This document shows positions 16,176 to 25,500 of a stretch of 38,214 nucleotides of DNA, piece by piece; position 1 is the stretch's first letter; every line of letters starts with the position of its first letter. The stretch is from an uncultured Actinomycetota bacterium (GTDB taxonomy: Bacteria; Actinomycetota; Humimicrobiia; Humimicrobiales; Humimicrobiaceae). The stretch spans positions 1-38,214 of the forward strand of contig CAZODG010000001.1 of the NCBI GenBank assembly GCA_964578525.1, read 5' to 3'. The position numbers and the translations under genes were made by a program. The notes beneath the pieces are model-generated. The model saw only the letters and a list, made by a program, of their open reading frames with translations. It was not told the DNA's origin and did no database searches.

Positions 16176-18053
16176 TTGAAAATGAAGTATGACATAATAG
16201 TCGTAGGTGCCGGGCATGCGGGCTGCGAAGCGGCACTGGCATCTGCAAGATTGGGGCTAAAAACTATACTGCTAACGATTAATGTCGATAAAATTGCTTT
16301 AATGCCCTGTAATCCATCAATAGGAGGATTAGGGAAGAGTCAGCTGGTCAGGGAACTGGACGCACTGGGCGGACAGATGGCAAAGATAGCCGATAATACT
16401 CTAATACAGATAAAGGTACTGAACAGAAGAAAAGGTCCAGCAGTCCAGGCGCTAAGGGCACAGATAGACAAGAATAAATACGAAATTGAGATGAAGAAAA
16501 TCCTTGAAAATACTCAGAGATTAACTCTAAGACAGGGAACAATAAATAAAATACTTGTTAAAAATAATAAGGCATTTGGGGTTGAAACAGAAAGCGGATT
16601 AATTTTCGAGGGGAAATCAGTAGTAATTACTGCCGGTACTTTTTTGAGAGGAAGAATAATAATAGGGGAAAAAGATTATAAAGCCGGACGGATGGGGGAA
16701 TATCCTGCGATGAATTTAACCAGGAACTTAATTGATCTTAATTTTGATATAGGCAGATTTCAGACAGCTACTTCTCCGAGGGTCGATAAAAGAACAGTGG
16801 ATTTTTCTAAAACAATTGTTCAATATGGAGATGGAGAACCTTTAAGCTTTTCATTCTGGGATGAAGAAAAGATATACGAAAACACTGATTGTTATCTTAC
16901 CTACACAAATAAGAAAACCCATAAAATTATCGCGGAAAATATAGAGAAATCACCGATAAGATCCGGGATGGTTGATACCCACGGACCAAGGCACTGCCCT
17001 TCTATAGATAGAAAAGTTATAAATTTCCCCGGGAAAAAAAGACACCCGGTTTTTATTGAACCGGAGGGGACACATACCTGTGAGATGTATCTTCAGGGAC
17101 TTACTACAAGTATGCCCGCAGAAATACAGCAAAAAATAGTAAATACTGTTGAAGGATTGGAAAATGCCAGAATAATAAGACCCGGTTATGCAGTAGAGTA
17201 TGATTATATAATTCCGAGTCAACTGAATTATACTCTGGAATCGAAAAACATAGAAAATTTATATTTTGCGGGCCAGATAAACGGTACTTCAGGGTATGAA
17301 GAGGCAGCGGCACAGGGGCTTGTTGCCGGAATAAATGCGTCACTTAAGATACAGGGCAGATCACAAATGATGCTGACCAGAGATACCAGTTATATAGGAG
17401 TTTTAATAGACGATCTTCTTACCAAAAATCTTATAGAACCTTACAGGATGTATACTTCCAGAGCTGAATACAGGCTGACATTACGGTCCGATAATGCCGA
17501 TATGAGATTGTGTGGATTGGGTAATAGAATAGGGCTGATAACAGATGACCAGTATGAGAAAGTAAGAAGAAAGGAAGAAAAAACAAATAAACTGGTGTCA
17601 AAATTAAAAAATATTATTTTAAATCCGGATAAAAAGAATAATGAAATACTTAAAAAGATCGGAACCAGCTCCATTGATACCCCCTTAAATATTTATAAAC
17701 TTTTAAAAAGACCTGAAGTCAGAATTTATGATGTATTGGACTATTTTATCGGTAAAAGAAGCAACTATGATAAGAGAGTGCTTGAGCAGGCAGAAATCAG
17801 AACAAAATACGAAGGTTATATAAACCGGCAGCTGGCAGAAATTAAAAAATTAGGGAATCTGGAAAGATATTATCTTTTACCGGATCTGGACTATTTTAAA
17901 ATAATAGGTTTGACTTACGAAGCGCAGGAAAAACTAACAAAAATCAAGCCAAATACTCTTGGCCAGGCTTCAAGGATCGCAGGAGTATCACCGGCAGATA
18001 TATCAATAATCATGTTAAATTTAAAGGGTAGATCAAAGAAGGTGTTTAATTGA
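16176..18053 (+). CDS. mnmG: tRNA uridine 5-carboxymethylaminomethyl modification enzyme MnmG (GidA)
   Basis: 625 aa with VVGAGHAGCEAA, MPCNPSIGG, GPRHCPSID, FAGQINGTSGYEEAAAQG and a full C-terminal domain. The real start is probably the ATG at 16182 (MKYDIIVVG) rather than the TTG at 16176. Confidence 0.95.
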   Translation: MKMKYDIIVVGAGHAGCEAALASARLGLKTILLTINVDKIALMPCNPSIGGLGKSQLVRELDALGGQMAKIADNTLIQIKVLNRRKGPAVQALRAQIDKNKYEIEMKKILENTQRLTLRQGTINKILVKNNKAFGVETESGLIFEGKSVVITAGTFLRGRIIIGEKDYKAGRMGEYPAMNLTRNLIDLNFDIGRFQTATSPRVDKRTVDFSKTIVQYGDGEPLSFSFWDEEKIYENTDCYLTYTNKKTHKIIAENIEKSPIRSGMVDTHGPRHCPSIDRKVINFPGKKRHPVFIEPEGTHTCEMYLQGLTTSMPAEIQQKIVNTVEGLENARIIRPGYAVEYDYIIPSQLNYTLESKNIENLYFAGQINGTSGYEEAAAQGLVAGINASLKIQGRSQMMLTRDTSYIGVLIDDLLTKNLIEPYRMYTSRAEYRLTLRSDNADMRLCGLGNRIGLITDDQYEKVRRKEEKTNKLVSKLKNIILNPDKKNNEILKKIGTSSIDTPLNIYKLLKRPEVRIYDVLDYFIGKRSNYDKRVLEQAEIRTKYEGYINRQLAEIKKLGNLERYYLLPDLDYFKIIGLTYEAQEKLTKIKPNTLGQASRIAGVSPADISIIMLNLKGRSKKVFN

Positions 18054-18784
18054 ATACTTCCGATATTTTAAAAGAATCACTTGCAGATCTCGGCATCAGC
18101 TTTTCTCAGGACCATATCAGGATTCTGGAAAAATATCTAAATTTAGCTTATGAGTATAATCATAAATTCAATCTTATTGGTACCAAGGATAAAATAGGCA
18201 TCCTTATAAGGCATATCCTGGATTCTATCTCGATACTTAAATATGGAAATATGTTTTTTGATAATGGAGATCATGTACGGAAAGTACTTGATTTGGGAAC
18301 AGGGGCAGGATTACCCGGAGCGCTTTTGTCTATTTTTTTAAAGAATAAAACATTTTATCTGCTGGATAAAACATTAAAAAAAATCAATTTCTTAAATATG
18401 ATAGTAGAGGAATTAGGATTAAAAAATGTCAGGATTATCAGAGGCAGGGCAGAGGAGCTGGGCAATGAAGCCCCATATAGAGAAACTTTCGATGTAGTTC
18501 TGGCGAGAGCCGTTGCCGGTTTAAATATTTTAAGTGAATTAACAATTCCATTTTGTAGAATAAATGGTAAAATTATATTTTATAAAAGTAAAAAAATATT
18601 CACCGAACTGGAAAGCAACAGGGAAGTTATCTCAAAATTGGGGGGGAAGGTAGATAATTTGTTAGAAGTAGAGGTCCCTTATTTAAATGAATACAGGACT
18701 TTTCTGGTAATAAAGAAAGTATTAAAATCTCCGGTAATATATCCACGAGCTTATAATAAAATAGTTAAGAGGCCATTGCAGTAA
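18050..18784 (+). CDS. rsmG: 16S rRNA (guanine527-N7)-methyltransferase RsmG (GidB)
   Basis: 244 aa with SAM motif VLDLGTGAGLPG. The TTG start overlaps the mnmG stop (TTGA), and the position is conserved. Confidence 0.9.
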   Translation: MNTSDILKESLADLGISFSQDHIRILEKYLNLAYEYNHKFNLIGTKDKIGILIRHILDSISILKYGNMFFDNGDHVRKVLDLGTGAGLPGALLSIFLKNKTFYLLDKTLKKINFLNMIVEELGLKNVRIIRGRAEELGNEAPYRETFDVVLARAVAGLNILSELTIPFCRINGKIIFYKSKKIFTELESNREVISKLGGKVDNLLEVEVPYLNEYRTFLVIKKVLKSPVIYPRAYNKIVKRPLQ

Positions 18785-18845
18785 CCTATCATTTGTTTTA
18801 TTATGTAAATGTGCAAATGATTATATGCATTAAATTAGTAAGCAG

Positions 18846-19682
18846 GTGATCCATAAATTGAAATTTTTTGATATGATAATCAAAAATAAAAAACAGGACG
18901 AAACGGTAAATAAAAAACGGTTGAGCAGAATAATTGCTTTTACAAATCAAAAAGGTGGTGTGGGTAAAAGTACAACAGCAGTAAATGTATCTGCATATTT
19001 AAGCTCTTATGGCTACAAAACTTTACTTATAGATCTCGATCCGCAAAGTAATTCAACGAGCGGTCTGGGCGTAAATCCATCGGATGTAAAACAGTCAATA
19101 TATGATATATTGATTCATGACAGTGAGCCGGATGAAATAATTATAGATACCTCATATAAAAATCTAAGACTTCTTCCATCATCAATACAGCTTGCCGGAG
19201 CAGAAATTGAACTGGTTCCGAGCCTGAAAAGAGAGTTTAGATTGAAAGAAGCCATAATTAAGATTGAAAAAGATTATGATTTCATACTTATCGATTGTCC
19301 GCCGGCGCTGGGGCTTTTGACTATTAATGCATTAACAGCGGCCAGAGAGGTTATTATACCAATACAATGCGAGTATTATGCACTTGAAGGACTTGGTCAA
19401 CTTTTAAATACAATAAATCTGGTTAAAAAAAATCTTAATGATGGCTTGAAAATAAAGGGAGCTATAATGACCATGTATGATCCAAGAATAAAACTTGCAG
19501 AGCAGGTCATAGAGGAAGTCAAAAATTATTTCTCGGAAAAAGTATATAAGACAGTGATCCCAAGAAACGTGAGGCTGAGTGAGGCCCCCAGTTACGGCAA
19601 ACCCATAATAGATTATGATCCTCATTGCAAAGGGGCAGAAGCTTACAACAATTTTACAAAGGAAGTGATTGAAAATGGCTAG
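18846..19682 (+). CDS. parA: Chromosome partitioning ATPase ParA/Soj
   Basis: Deviant Walker A (NQKGGVGKSTTAVN) plus the ParA-typical DLDPQ and IDCPP motifs. The track start at 18846 is GTG; the ATG at 18873 is an equally plausible start. Confidence 0.9.
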   Translation: MIHKLKFFDMIIKNKKQDETVNKKRLSRIIAFTNQKGGVGKSTTAVNVSAYLSSYGYKTLLIDLDPQSNSTSGLGVNPSDVKQSIYDILIHDSEPDEIIIDTSYKNLRLLPSSIQLAGAEIELVPSLKREFRLKEAIIKIEKDYDFILIDCPPALGLLTINALTAAREVIIPIQCEYYALEGLGQLLNTINLVKKNLNDGLKIKGAIMTMYDPRIKLAEQVIEEVKNYFSEKVYKTVIPRNVRLSEAPSYGKPIIDYDPHCKGAEAYNNFTKEVIENG

Positions 19683-20535
19683 AAGAGGTTTAGGCAGGGG
19701 ACTTGGTGCTTTAATTCCAAGCATAGACAAATCTATGGAAGGTGAATCAAATACAATAGTTGAACTGCCATTGGATAAGATTATCCCAAACAAAAATCAG
19801 CCCAGGAGCAGGTTTGACGATGAATCACTTGCTGAGCTTTCCGAATCAATAAAGGAATTTGGGGTCATCCAGCCGATAGTTGTAAGGAGATTGGGTGAAG
19901 AAGAAAAATATGAAATTGTTACCGGAGAGAGAAGATACAGAGCCACTAAAAAGATCGGTGTTAATACAATTCCTTCTATAATAGTTAAAGATGTTGATGA
20001 TATATCTTCCCTTGAAATGGCTCTTATTGAAAACATTCATAGAGATAACTTAAGCCCCATGGAAAAAGCTCATACGTTTAAACAACTTATAGATGAATTT
20101 AAGATGACCCATGACCAACTTTCAAAAAGGGTTGGAAAAAGCAGGGTAACAATAACAAACTTATTGAGATTGATCTCGCTCCCCCTGGAAATCCAAAAAT
20201 TGATAAACGAAGGAAAGATAAGCGAGGGACATGCGAGGTCGATACTGGCAATAGACGGGGAAGAGGAAAGGCTAAAAATCGCAAATCTCATAATAAAAAA
20301 CGACCTCAGCGTAAGAGATGTAGAAAAAATAGCAATTAAGAAAAAAGAAACAGTCGAAGGTAAAAAGGATAAAAAAGTATTGCAATTAAGTAAATTTCCC
20401 GAAATATCCCAGAAATTATCCGAGCACTTGAATGCTCCCGCTAAAGTATCAATGAGCAAAAAAAAGGGGAAAATTGTAATAGAGTTTGGCTCCATTAGAG
20501 ATCTTGAAAGAATTGTGAGTAGAATTGTCAAGTAG
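19669..20535 (+). CDS. parB: Chromosome partitioning protein ParB/Spo0J
   Basis: 288 aa with N-terminal RGLGRGLGALI, the arginine patch VTGERRYRA, and an HTH (HDQLSKRVGKSRVTITNLLRL). It overlaps the parA end. Confidence 0.9.
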   Translation: MKMARRGLGRGLGALIPSIDKSMEGESNTIVELPLDKIIPNKNQPRSRFDDESLAELSESIKEFGVIQPIVVRRLGEEEKYEIVTGERRYRATKKIGVNTIPSIIVKDVDDISSLEMALIENIHRDNLSPMEKAHTFKQLIDEFKMTHDQLSKRVGKSRVTITNLLRLISLPLEIQKLINEGKISEGHARSILAIDGEEERLKIANLIIKNDLSVRDVEKIAIKKKETVEGKKDKKVLQLSKFPEISQKLSEHLNAPAKVSMSKKKGKIVIEFGSIRDLERIVSRIVK

Positions 20536-21412
20536 CACGCCGGATTGGCTCAAGAAGAGAGTCAACCTGAATAACTTTAAAATCAAGCAGATTAAAAATC
20601 TCCTTTATGATTTACATTTAAATACTGTCTGTCAGAGTGCCGGCTGCCCGAATATTTTTGAATGTTTTGGGAAAAAAATAGCGACCTTCATGTTGATGGG
20701 GGATACCTGTACCCGTAATTGTGGTTTCTGCGGAATAAGATCCGGAAAACCTCAAATCCTTGATGAAGATGAACCCTCAAGAATAGCATCTGCAGTAAAG
20801 AAAATGAGATTAAAGTATACTGTAATTACTTCTGTGACCAGAGATGATCTGCCCGATGGCGGAAGTTCTCATTTTGCAAAAACTATAAGTGAAATAAAAA
20901 GATTAAATCCTTTTTCAAAAATAGAGTGTCTGGTTCCCGATTTTAAAGGAAATACCGATAACTTGAAGGTTGTTCTTATGAGGAATCCCGATGTACTGGG
21001 TCATAATATAGAGACAATAAAAAGAAATTTCCCTGCAGCCAGGAAGAATTCAAATTATAAAACTTCTCTTGCTGTATTAAAATTTTCTAAACTGTTTAGG
21101 CCTGATATTTACACGAAGTCAGGATTTATGCTTGGGCTCGGGGAAAGCAGGGAAGAAGTGGAAGAATTACTGGCAGATTTAAAGGGAGCAAACTGTGATA
21201 TAGTGACTATAGGCCAATATCTCAGACCTTCACTATCGAATATTCCGGTAAAGAAATATTATAAGCCTGAAGAATTTGAAAGTATAAAAGAATTGGCCAT
21301 GAGTTTTGGTTTTAAAGCAGTGGAGAGCGGAATATTTACAAGATCTTCCTATAGAGCAGGTTTCGTACTGGATAAAATTATAAAAGAAAGAGGTAGTCTG
21401 GTGATTTCTTAA
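20525..21412 (+). CDS. lipA: Lipoyl synthase (radical SAM)
   Basis: 295 aa with the N-terminal auxiliary-cluster motif (CQSAGCPNIFEC) and the radical-SAM motif CTRNCGFCG. TTG start overlapping the parB end. Confidence 0.9.
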   Translation: MSSSTPDWLKKRVNLNNFKIKQIKNLLYDLHLNTVCQSAGCPNIFECFGKKIATFMLMGDTCTRNCGFCGIRSGKPQILDEDEPSRIASAVKKMRLKYTVITSVTRDDLPDGGSSHFAKTISEIKRLNPFSKIECLVPDFKGNTDNLKVVLMRNPDVLGHNIETIKRNFPAARKNSNYKTSLAVLKFSKLFRPDIYTKSGFMLGLGESREEVEELLADLKGANCDIVTIGQYLRPSLSNIPVKKYYKPEEFESIKELAMSFGFKAVESGIFTRSSYRAGFVLDKIIKERGSLVIS

Positions 21413-21484
21413 AAGGTATCTGATAAAATTTGTCATAAAAGTGATGGATATATTAATATTAATTAGCAAAAAGAAAGAATTGTT

Positions 21485-22120
21485 TTGGCAGTAGAAGAAG
21501 ATCAAAGATCAAGGATTAAGAAGATAAGAAATAGTTTTTTGACTTATATAGAACTGATAAAGACATATAATAGAATTGCAAATATCTCGAGTATAGTAAG
21601 AAGATATTTTGCAATTAATGGTTTTGATGGGGTGATCACCAGTATCGGTATTTTAGTGGGGAGTTTTATTATTGGAATCGAGGAATATAAACATGTTATC
21701 ATAGCGGGTACCGCAATAATAATTTCTCTCGGCGTTTCCGGAATCTGGAGTGCCTATTATAGCGAAACTGCCGAAAGGAAGAGAGAAATCGATGATCTGG
21801 AAGAATCGACTCTTCACGATCTGGATAAAACCATAATATCGCGGGCACAGAAGTTTGCCGCTATCGTCCTTGCTTTCACAAATGGATTATCACCGGTATT
21901 AACTGCGTTTATTCCTTTGATCCCGTTTCTTTTTGGGAAATATATTCCGATAGATATTTGTTATTACAGTGGTTTTGCACTGGCATTTTTAATATTATTT
22001 GGAATGGGTCTATTTTTGGGTAAAATTTCCCGGGTCAATCTTATTATAAGCGGAATAAAAATGCTTGTAGCAGGCGGGTTCTGTGTTATTCTGAGCCTGC
22101 TGCTAACGTTAATTGAGTAA
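21485..22120 (+). CDS. VIT1/CCC1-like integral membrane protein (putative iron/manganese transporter family)
   Basis: 211 aa. A motif resembling the VIT-family NDG-x-VS helix (INGFDGVITSIGILVG) and several TM segments are present. The assignment is by pattern only. Confidence 0.5.
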   Translation: MAVEEDQRSRIKKIRNSFLTYIELIKTYNRIANISSIVRRYFAINGFDGVITSIGILVGSFIIGIEEYKHVIIAGTAIIISLGVSGIWSAYYSETAERKREIDDLEESTLHDLDKTIISRAQKFAAIVLAFTNGLSPVLTAFIPLIPFLFGKYIPIDICYYSGFALAFLILFGMGLFLGKISRVNLIISGIKMLVAGGFCVILSLLLTLIE

Positions 22121-22179
22121 TTTTGGATAATTTCATTTTAATCCATAAATCCTCCGGTTAATCAAACAGTTAAAATTAA

Positions 22180-22217
22180 ATCCGGCCCTACATGGAAAGA
22201 AGGCCGGATATTTTTTT
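22180..22217. terminator. Hairpin terminator between convergent genes (VIT-like gene and glnA)
   Basis: ATCCGGCC (22180-22187) pairs with GGCCGGAT (22202-22209) around a 14-nt loop. It is followed by a T-run on the plus strand and preceded by an A-rich tract, so it could act in both directions. Confidence 0.55.
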
Positions 22218-22252
22218 ATCATATTTTATTACCTATTTAACAGGCTGTAATT

Positions 22253-23590
22253 TTATAAAATAGGCAAGTAATTATCCAGTTCGTAATCCGTCACTTGCAT
22301 CCTATATCTGTCCCATTCGATTTTTTTATTTTCGATAAATTTAAAGAAGATATGGTCGCCAAGGGTTTCTCTTGCTAGCTTGCTTTTTTCAAAATACTTT
22401 AAAGCTTCGAAGAGGTTGTCGGGAAGTGTTTCGATTCCTGCTTTTTCTCTTCTTTCTATATCCATTTCAAAAATGTTTTCTTCTATTGGGTCGGGTAAAG
22501 GATATTTATTTTTTATGCCATCCATTCCGGCAGCCAGCATAAGGCTGAACGAAAGATATGGATTGCATGCCGGATCCGGACATCTAAATTCGACTCTTGT
22601 CGATTTTTCTTTCCCGGGCTTATACATTGGGACTCTCACAAGAGTAGACCTGTTTCTTCTTGCCCACGAGATATAAACGGGAGCTTCATAACCGGGTACA
22701 AGTCTTTTATAGGAATTCACCCACTGGTTTGTTATTGCAACTATTTCCTTACTGTGGCGAAGCAATCCTGCAATAAATTGTTTACCTATAGCTGACAGGT
22801 TGTATTTATCTTTAGGATCGTGAAAGGCATTTTTGTCACCCTTAAATAATGATTGATGGGTATGCATACCGCTGCCATTGACCCCAAATATAGGTTTGGG
22901 CATGAATGTTGCATAAACTCCGTTTCTTGTTGCAACTTCCTTGACCACCAATCTGTAGGTCATTGCATTATCTGCCATGGTCAGGGCATCGGTATATCTC
23001 AAGTCTATCTCATGCTGGGAAGGGGCTACCTCATGGTGTGAATATTCGACACCTATACCCATGGACTCAAGATAAAGAATGGTATCCCTTCGGAGCGGGC
23101 TTGCGGCATCAAGAGTGGTTATATCAAAATATCCGCCTCTATCAAGTGTTTCAGGTTTACCTTTGTCGGATTTAAAGTAAAAATATTCGAGTTCCGGTCC
23201 GATATAATATGTATATCCCGATTCACTTATTTTCTTAAGTTCTTTTTTCAGTACCCATCTCGGGTCACCTTTAAAATGGGAACCATCGGGATTTAAAACA
23301 TCACAAAACATTCTTGCAACCCCATTTTCCTTAGGGCTCCAGGGCAACAGCTGAAAGGTGTTCGGATCTGGTAAAGCGATGACATCGCTTTCTTCTATCC
23401 TGGAGAATCCTTCGATAGATGAACCATCAAATCCCATTCCTTCATCGAGTGCCCCTTCGAGCTCCTCTTTCGTTATAGAAAAACTCTTTAGAATACCCTG
23501 GACGTCCGTGAACCATAATCTTATGAATTTTACATTATTGTCATGGACTTTTTTTAATACAAATTCTTTCATCTTGCTATCGGTTTTCAT
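22253..23590 (-). CDS. glnA: Glutamine synthetase type I
   Basis: 445 aa with GSGMHTHQS, the DLRY region, and typical GS-I length and N-terminus (VKFIRLWFTD). Confidence 0.95.
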   Translation of the reverse strand: MKTDSKMKEFVLKKVHDNNVKFIRLWFTDVQGILKSFSITKEELEGALDEGMGFDGSSIEGFSRIEESDVIALPDPNTFQLLPWSPKENGVARMFCDVLNPDGSHFKGDPRWVLKKELKKISESGYTYYIGPELEYFYFKSDKGKPETLDRGGYFDITTLDAASPLRRDTILYLESMGIGVEYSHHEVAPSQHEIDLRYTDALTMADNAMTYRLVVKEVATRNGVYATFMPKPIFGVNGSGMHTHQSLFKGDKNAFHDPKDKYNLSAIGKQFIAGLLRHSKEIVAITNQWVNSYKRLVPGYEAPVYISWARRNRSTLVRVPMYKPGKEKSTRVEFRCPDPACNPYLSFSLMLAAGMDGIKNKYPLPDPIEENIFEMDIERREKAGIETLPDNLFEALKYFEKSKLARETLGDHIFFKFIENKKIEWDRYRMQVTDYELDNYLPIL

Positions 23591-23667
23591 ATTTCACTTC
23601 CTTTTTATTTTTACTGAAAATTTAATATTTAAGTTTTAAATATTATATCTTAATTTTTATAAAATTT

Positions 23668-23697
23668 ATGTACGCGGCATGTTAAATATATGTTAAA
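23668..23697 (+). promoter_or_regulatory. Three 11-bp-phased ATGT(T/A)... direct repeats upstream of glnA (candidate OmpR-family regulator site)
   Basis: ATGTACGCGGC ATGTTAAATAT ATGTTAAATCT. GTTAA occurs at 23681-23685 and 23692-23696. The site lies 78-107 nt upstream of the glnA start. Confidence 0.4.
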
Positions 23698-23729
23698 TCT
23701 TTTCCGGATTTTAATTTATCAATCTGACT

Positions 23730-24071
23730 CTAACCTATTGCTTTTTCTCCCTCCTCTCCTGTCCGAATTCTGATACACTTTGGCAGATCGAGAATTAATA
23801 TCTTGCCATCACCAATATTCCCGGTATAGGCACCCTTTTTTATTGCTTCGATGGTGGGTTCTACAAAATCTTCGTTTACTGCTATTTCCAATCTGATTTT
23901 TTTGAGAAGATTGACTTCATGTATAACTCCCCTGTATGTTTCCTTATATCCTTTTTGCTGGCCGCAACCGAGAACATTGGTTATGGTCATTTTATAAACT
24001 TCTGCATCAAATAATTCTTTTTTCACATCGGGCAATTTATGCGGTTGTATCATTGCAATAATTAGTTTCAT
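23730..24071 (-). CDS. glnK: Nitrogen regulatory protein P-II (GlnK/GlnB)
   Basis: 113 aa with T-loop [12 protein letters not shown] (conserved Tyr). The gene lies immediately downstream of amt. Confidence 0.9.
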   Translation of the reverse strand: MKLIIAMIQPHKLPDVKKELFDAEVYKMTITNVLGCGQQKGYKETYRGVIHEVNLLKKIRLEIAVNEDFVEPTIEAIKKGAYTGNIGDGKILILDLPKCIRIRTGEEGEKAIG

Positions 24072-24107
24072 TTTTTATCACCTCTTTATATAAAATCTAT
24101 AATAATT

Positions 24108-25370
24108 CTAATCATTCTGGAATATTTGAAATCCGCTGTATGCTTCCATGCCGTGTTCATCAATATCAAGACCTTTAAGTTCTGTTTCTCTGGACACCCT
24201 TAGCCCTATTGTTTTCTTGATCAAAAAGAATAACAAGAGCATTGTTACAAAAGTCCATACAAATACGCTGATTGCACCGGTAAACTGGGTAAGCAGTAAT
24301 TTCCATCCACCACCAAAAAACAATCCATTTACACCTTCAAATCCTGCAAGACTCCCATATTTTGACTGTGCGAAAAGACCTACAAATAAAGTACCGAAGA
24401 GACCGCAAACACCATGAACGGATACTGCTCCTACGGGATCATCGATTTTAAACTTCTTATCAAATAGTTCTACGGATATACATACAATTATTCCGCACAA
24501 ACTGCCGATAATCATTGCGCTGTATGGCGATACAACTGCACATCCGGCAGTAATACCAACTAATCCGGCCAGTGCACCGTTAAGGGTCATAGAAGCGTCC
24601 GGTTTCTTGTATCTTATCCAGGTAAAGAACATTGCTGCCAGTGCTCCTGTTGAAGCAGCAAGGGTGGTTGTAACTGCTACGGTAGATATGGCGGGGCTGC
24701 TTGCTGAAAGAGTACTTCCCGGATTAAATCCATACCACCCGAACCATAAAATAAATACTCCAAGTGCCGCAAGCGGAATATTGTGACCGGTTATAGCATT
24801 CGAGGACCCGTCCCTGTTATATTTACCGAGTCTTGGACCAAGCATTATAGCTCCGGCAAGACCTGCCCAGCCGCCCACGGAATGAACTACTGTAGAACCG
24901 GCAAAGTCAATCATACCCAGATCTGCCAGCCACCCGCCGCCCCAGATCCAGTGACCCACTATAGGATATATTAGAACTGATATAAATACGGAATAAATCA
25001 AATAATTTTTAAATTTGATCCTTTCGGCAACAGCACCGGAAACGATAGTAGCTGCAGTAGCTGCAAATACGGTCTGGAATATCCAGAAAGCAAAATTTGA
25101 AGTGTCTGACTGTCCGATTATTGAGATAGTAAAACTATCGGTCCCGATAAACCCTCCTGCATCTTTACCGAACATTAATCCAAAGCCAATTAGAAAAAAT
25201 AAAACACTTCCCACACAAAAATCAATCAGATTTTTCATAAGAATATTTACGGAATTTTTGGCCCTGGTGAATCCTGTTTCTACCATTGCAAACCCGGCCT
25301 GCATGAAAAATACCAGAAATGCAGTAAACAATATCCACACGGTATCAAGATTAATTGCCGGATTATCCAT
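24108..25370 (-). CDS. amt: Ammonium transporter Amt
   Basis: 420 aa, polytopic, with FFMQAGFAMVETG, DFAGSTVVH and VHGVCG motifs typical of Amt/MEP. Confidence 0.95.
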   Translation of the reverse strand: MDNPAINLDTVWILFTAFLVFFMQAGFAMVETGFTRAKNSVNILMKNLIDFCVGSVLFFLIGFGLMFGKDAGGFIGTDSFTISIIGQSDTSNFAFWIFQTVFAATAATIVSGAVAERIKFKNYLIYSVFISVLIYPIVGHWIWGGGWLADLGMIDFAGSTVVHSVGGWAGLAGAIMLGPRLGKYNRDGSSNAITGHNIPLAALGVFILWFGWYGFNPGSTLSASSPAISTVAVTTTLAASTGALAAMFFTWIRYKKPDASMTLNGALAGLVGITAGCAVVSPYSAMIIGSLCGIIVCISVELFDKKFKIDDPVGAVSVHGVCGLFGTLFVGLFAQSKYGSLAGFEGVNGLFFGGGWKLLLTQFTGAISVFVWTFVTMLLLFFLIKKTIGLRVSRETELKGLDIDEHGMEAYSGFQIFQND

Positions 25371-25430
25371 TTTTAACCTCCTTTGATTTTTTATAATGTA
25401 GAGTATTTTACAACTTTGACTTTACGGGGA

Positions 25431-25460
25431 GGTTACGTTTCTGTTAAAAGTATGTTAATT
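25431..25460 (+). promoter_or_regulatory. Three 11-bp-phased (G/T)GTTA(C/A) direct repeats upstream of amt (candidate OmpR-family regulator site)
   Basis: GTTAC at 25432-25436, GTTAA at 25443-25447 and GTTAA at 25454-25458. The site is 61-90 nt upstream of the amt start. Its orientation relative to the target gene matches the glnA site. Confidence 0.4.
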
Positions 25461-25500
25461 ATTAAATGCTTAAATACTGTGAGTTTGGAACTATTAAGAA

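Noticed and set aside
22025-22039. ATTTCCCGGGTCAAT resembles half of the Noc-binding site ATTTCCCGGGAAAT
   Set aside because: Only the left half matches, it lies inside a CDS, and no noc (second parB-like) gene is present in the window.
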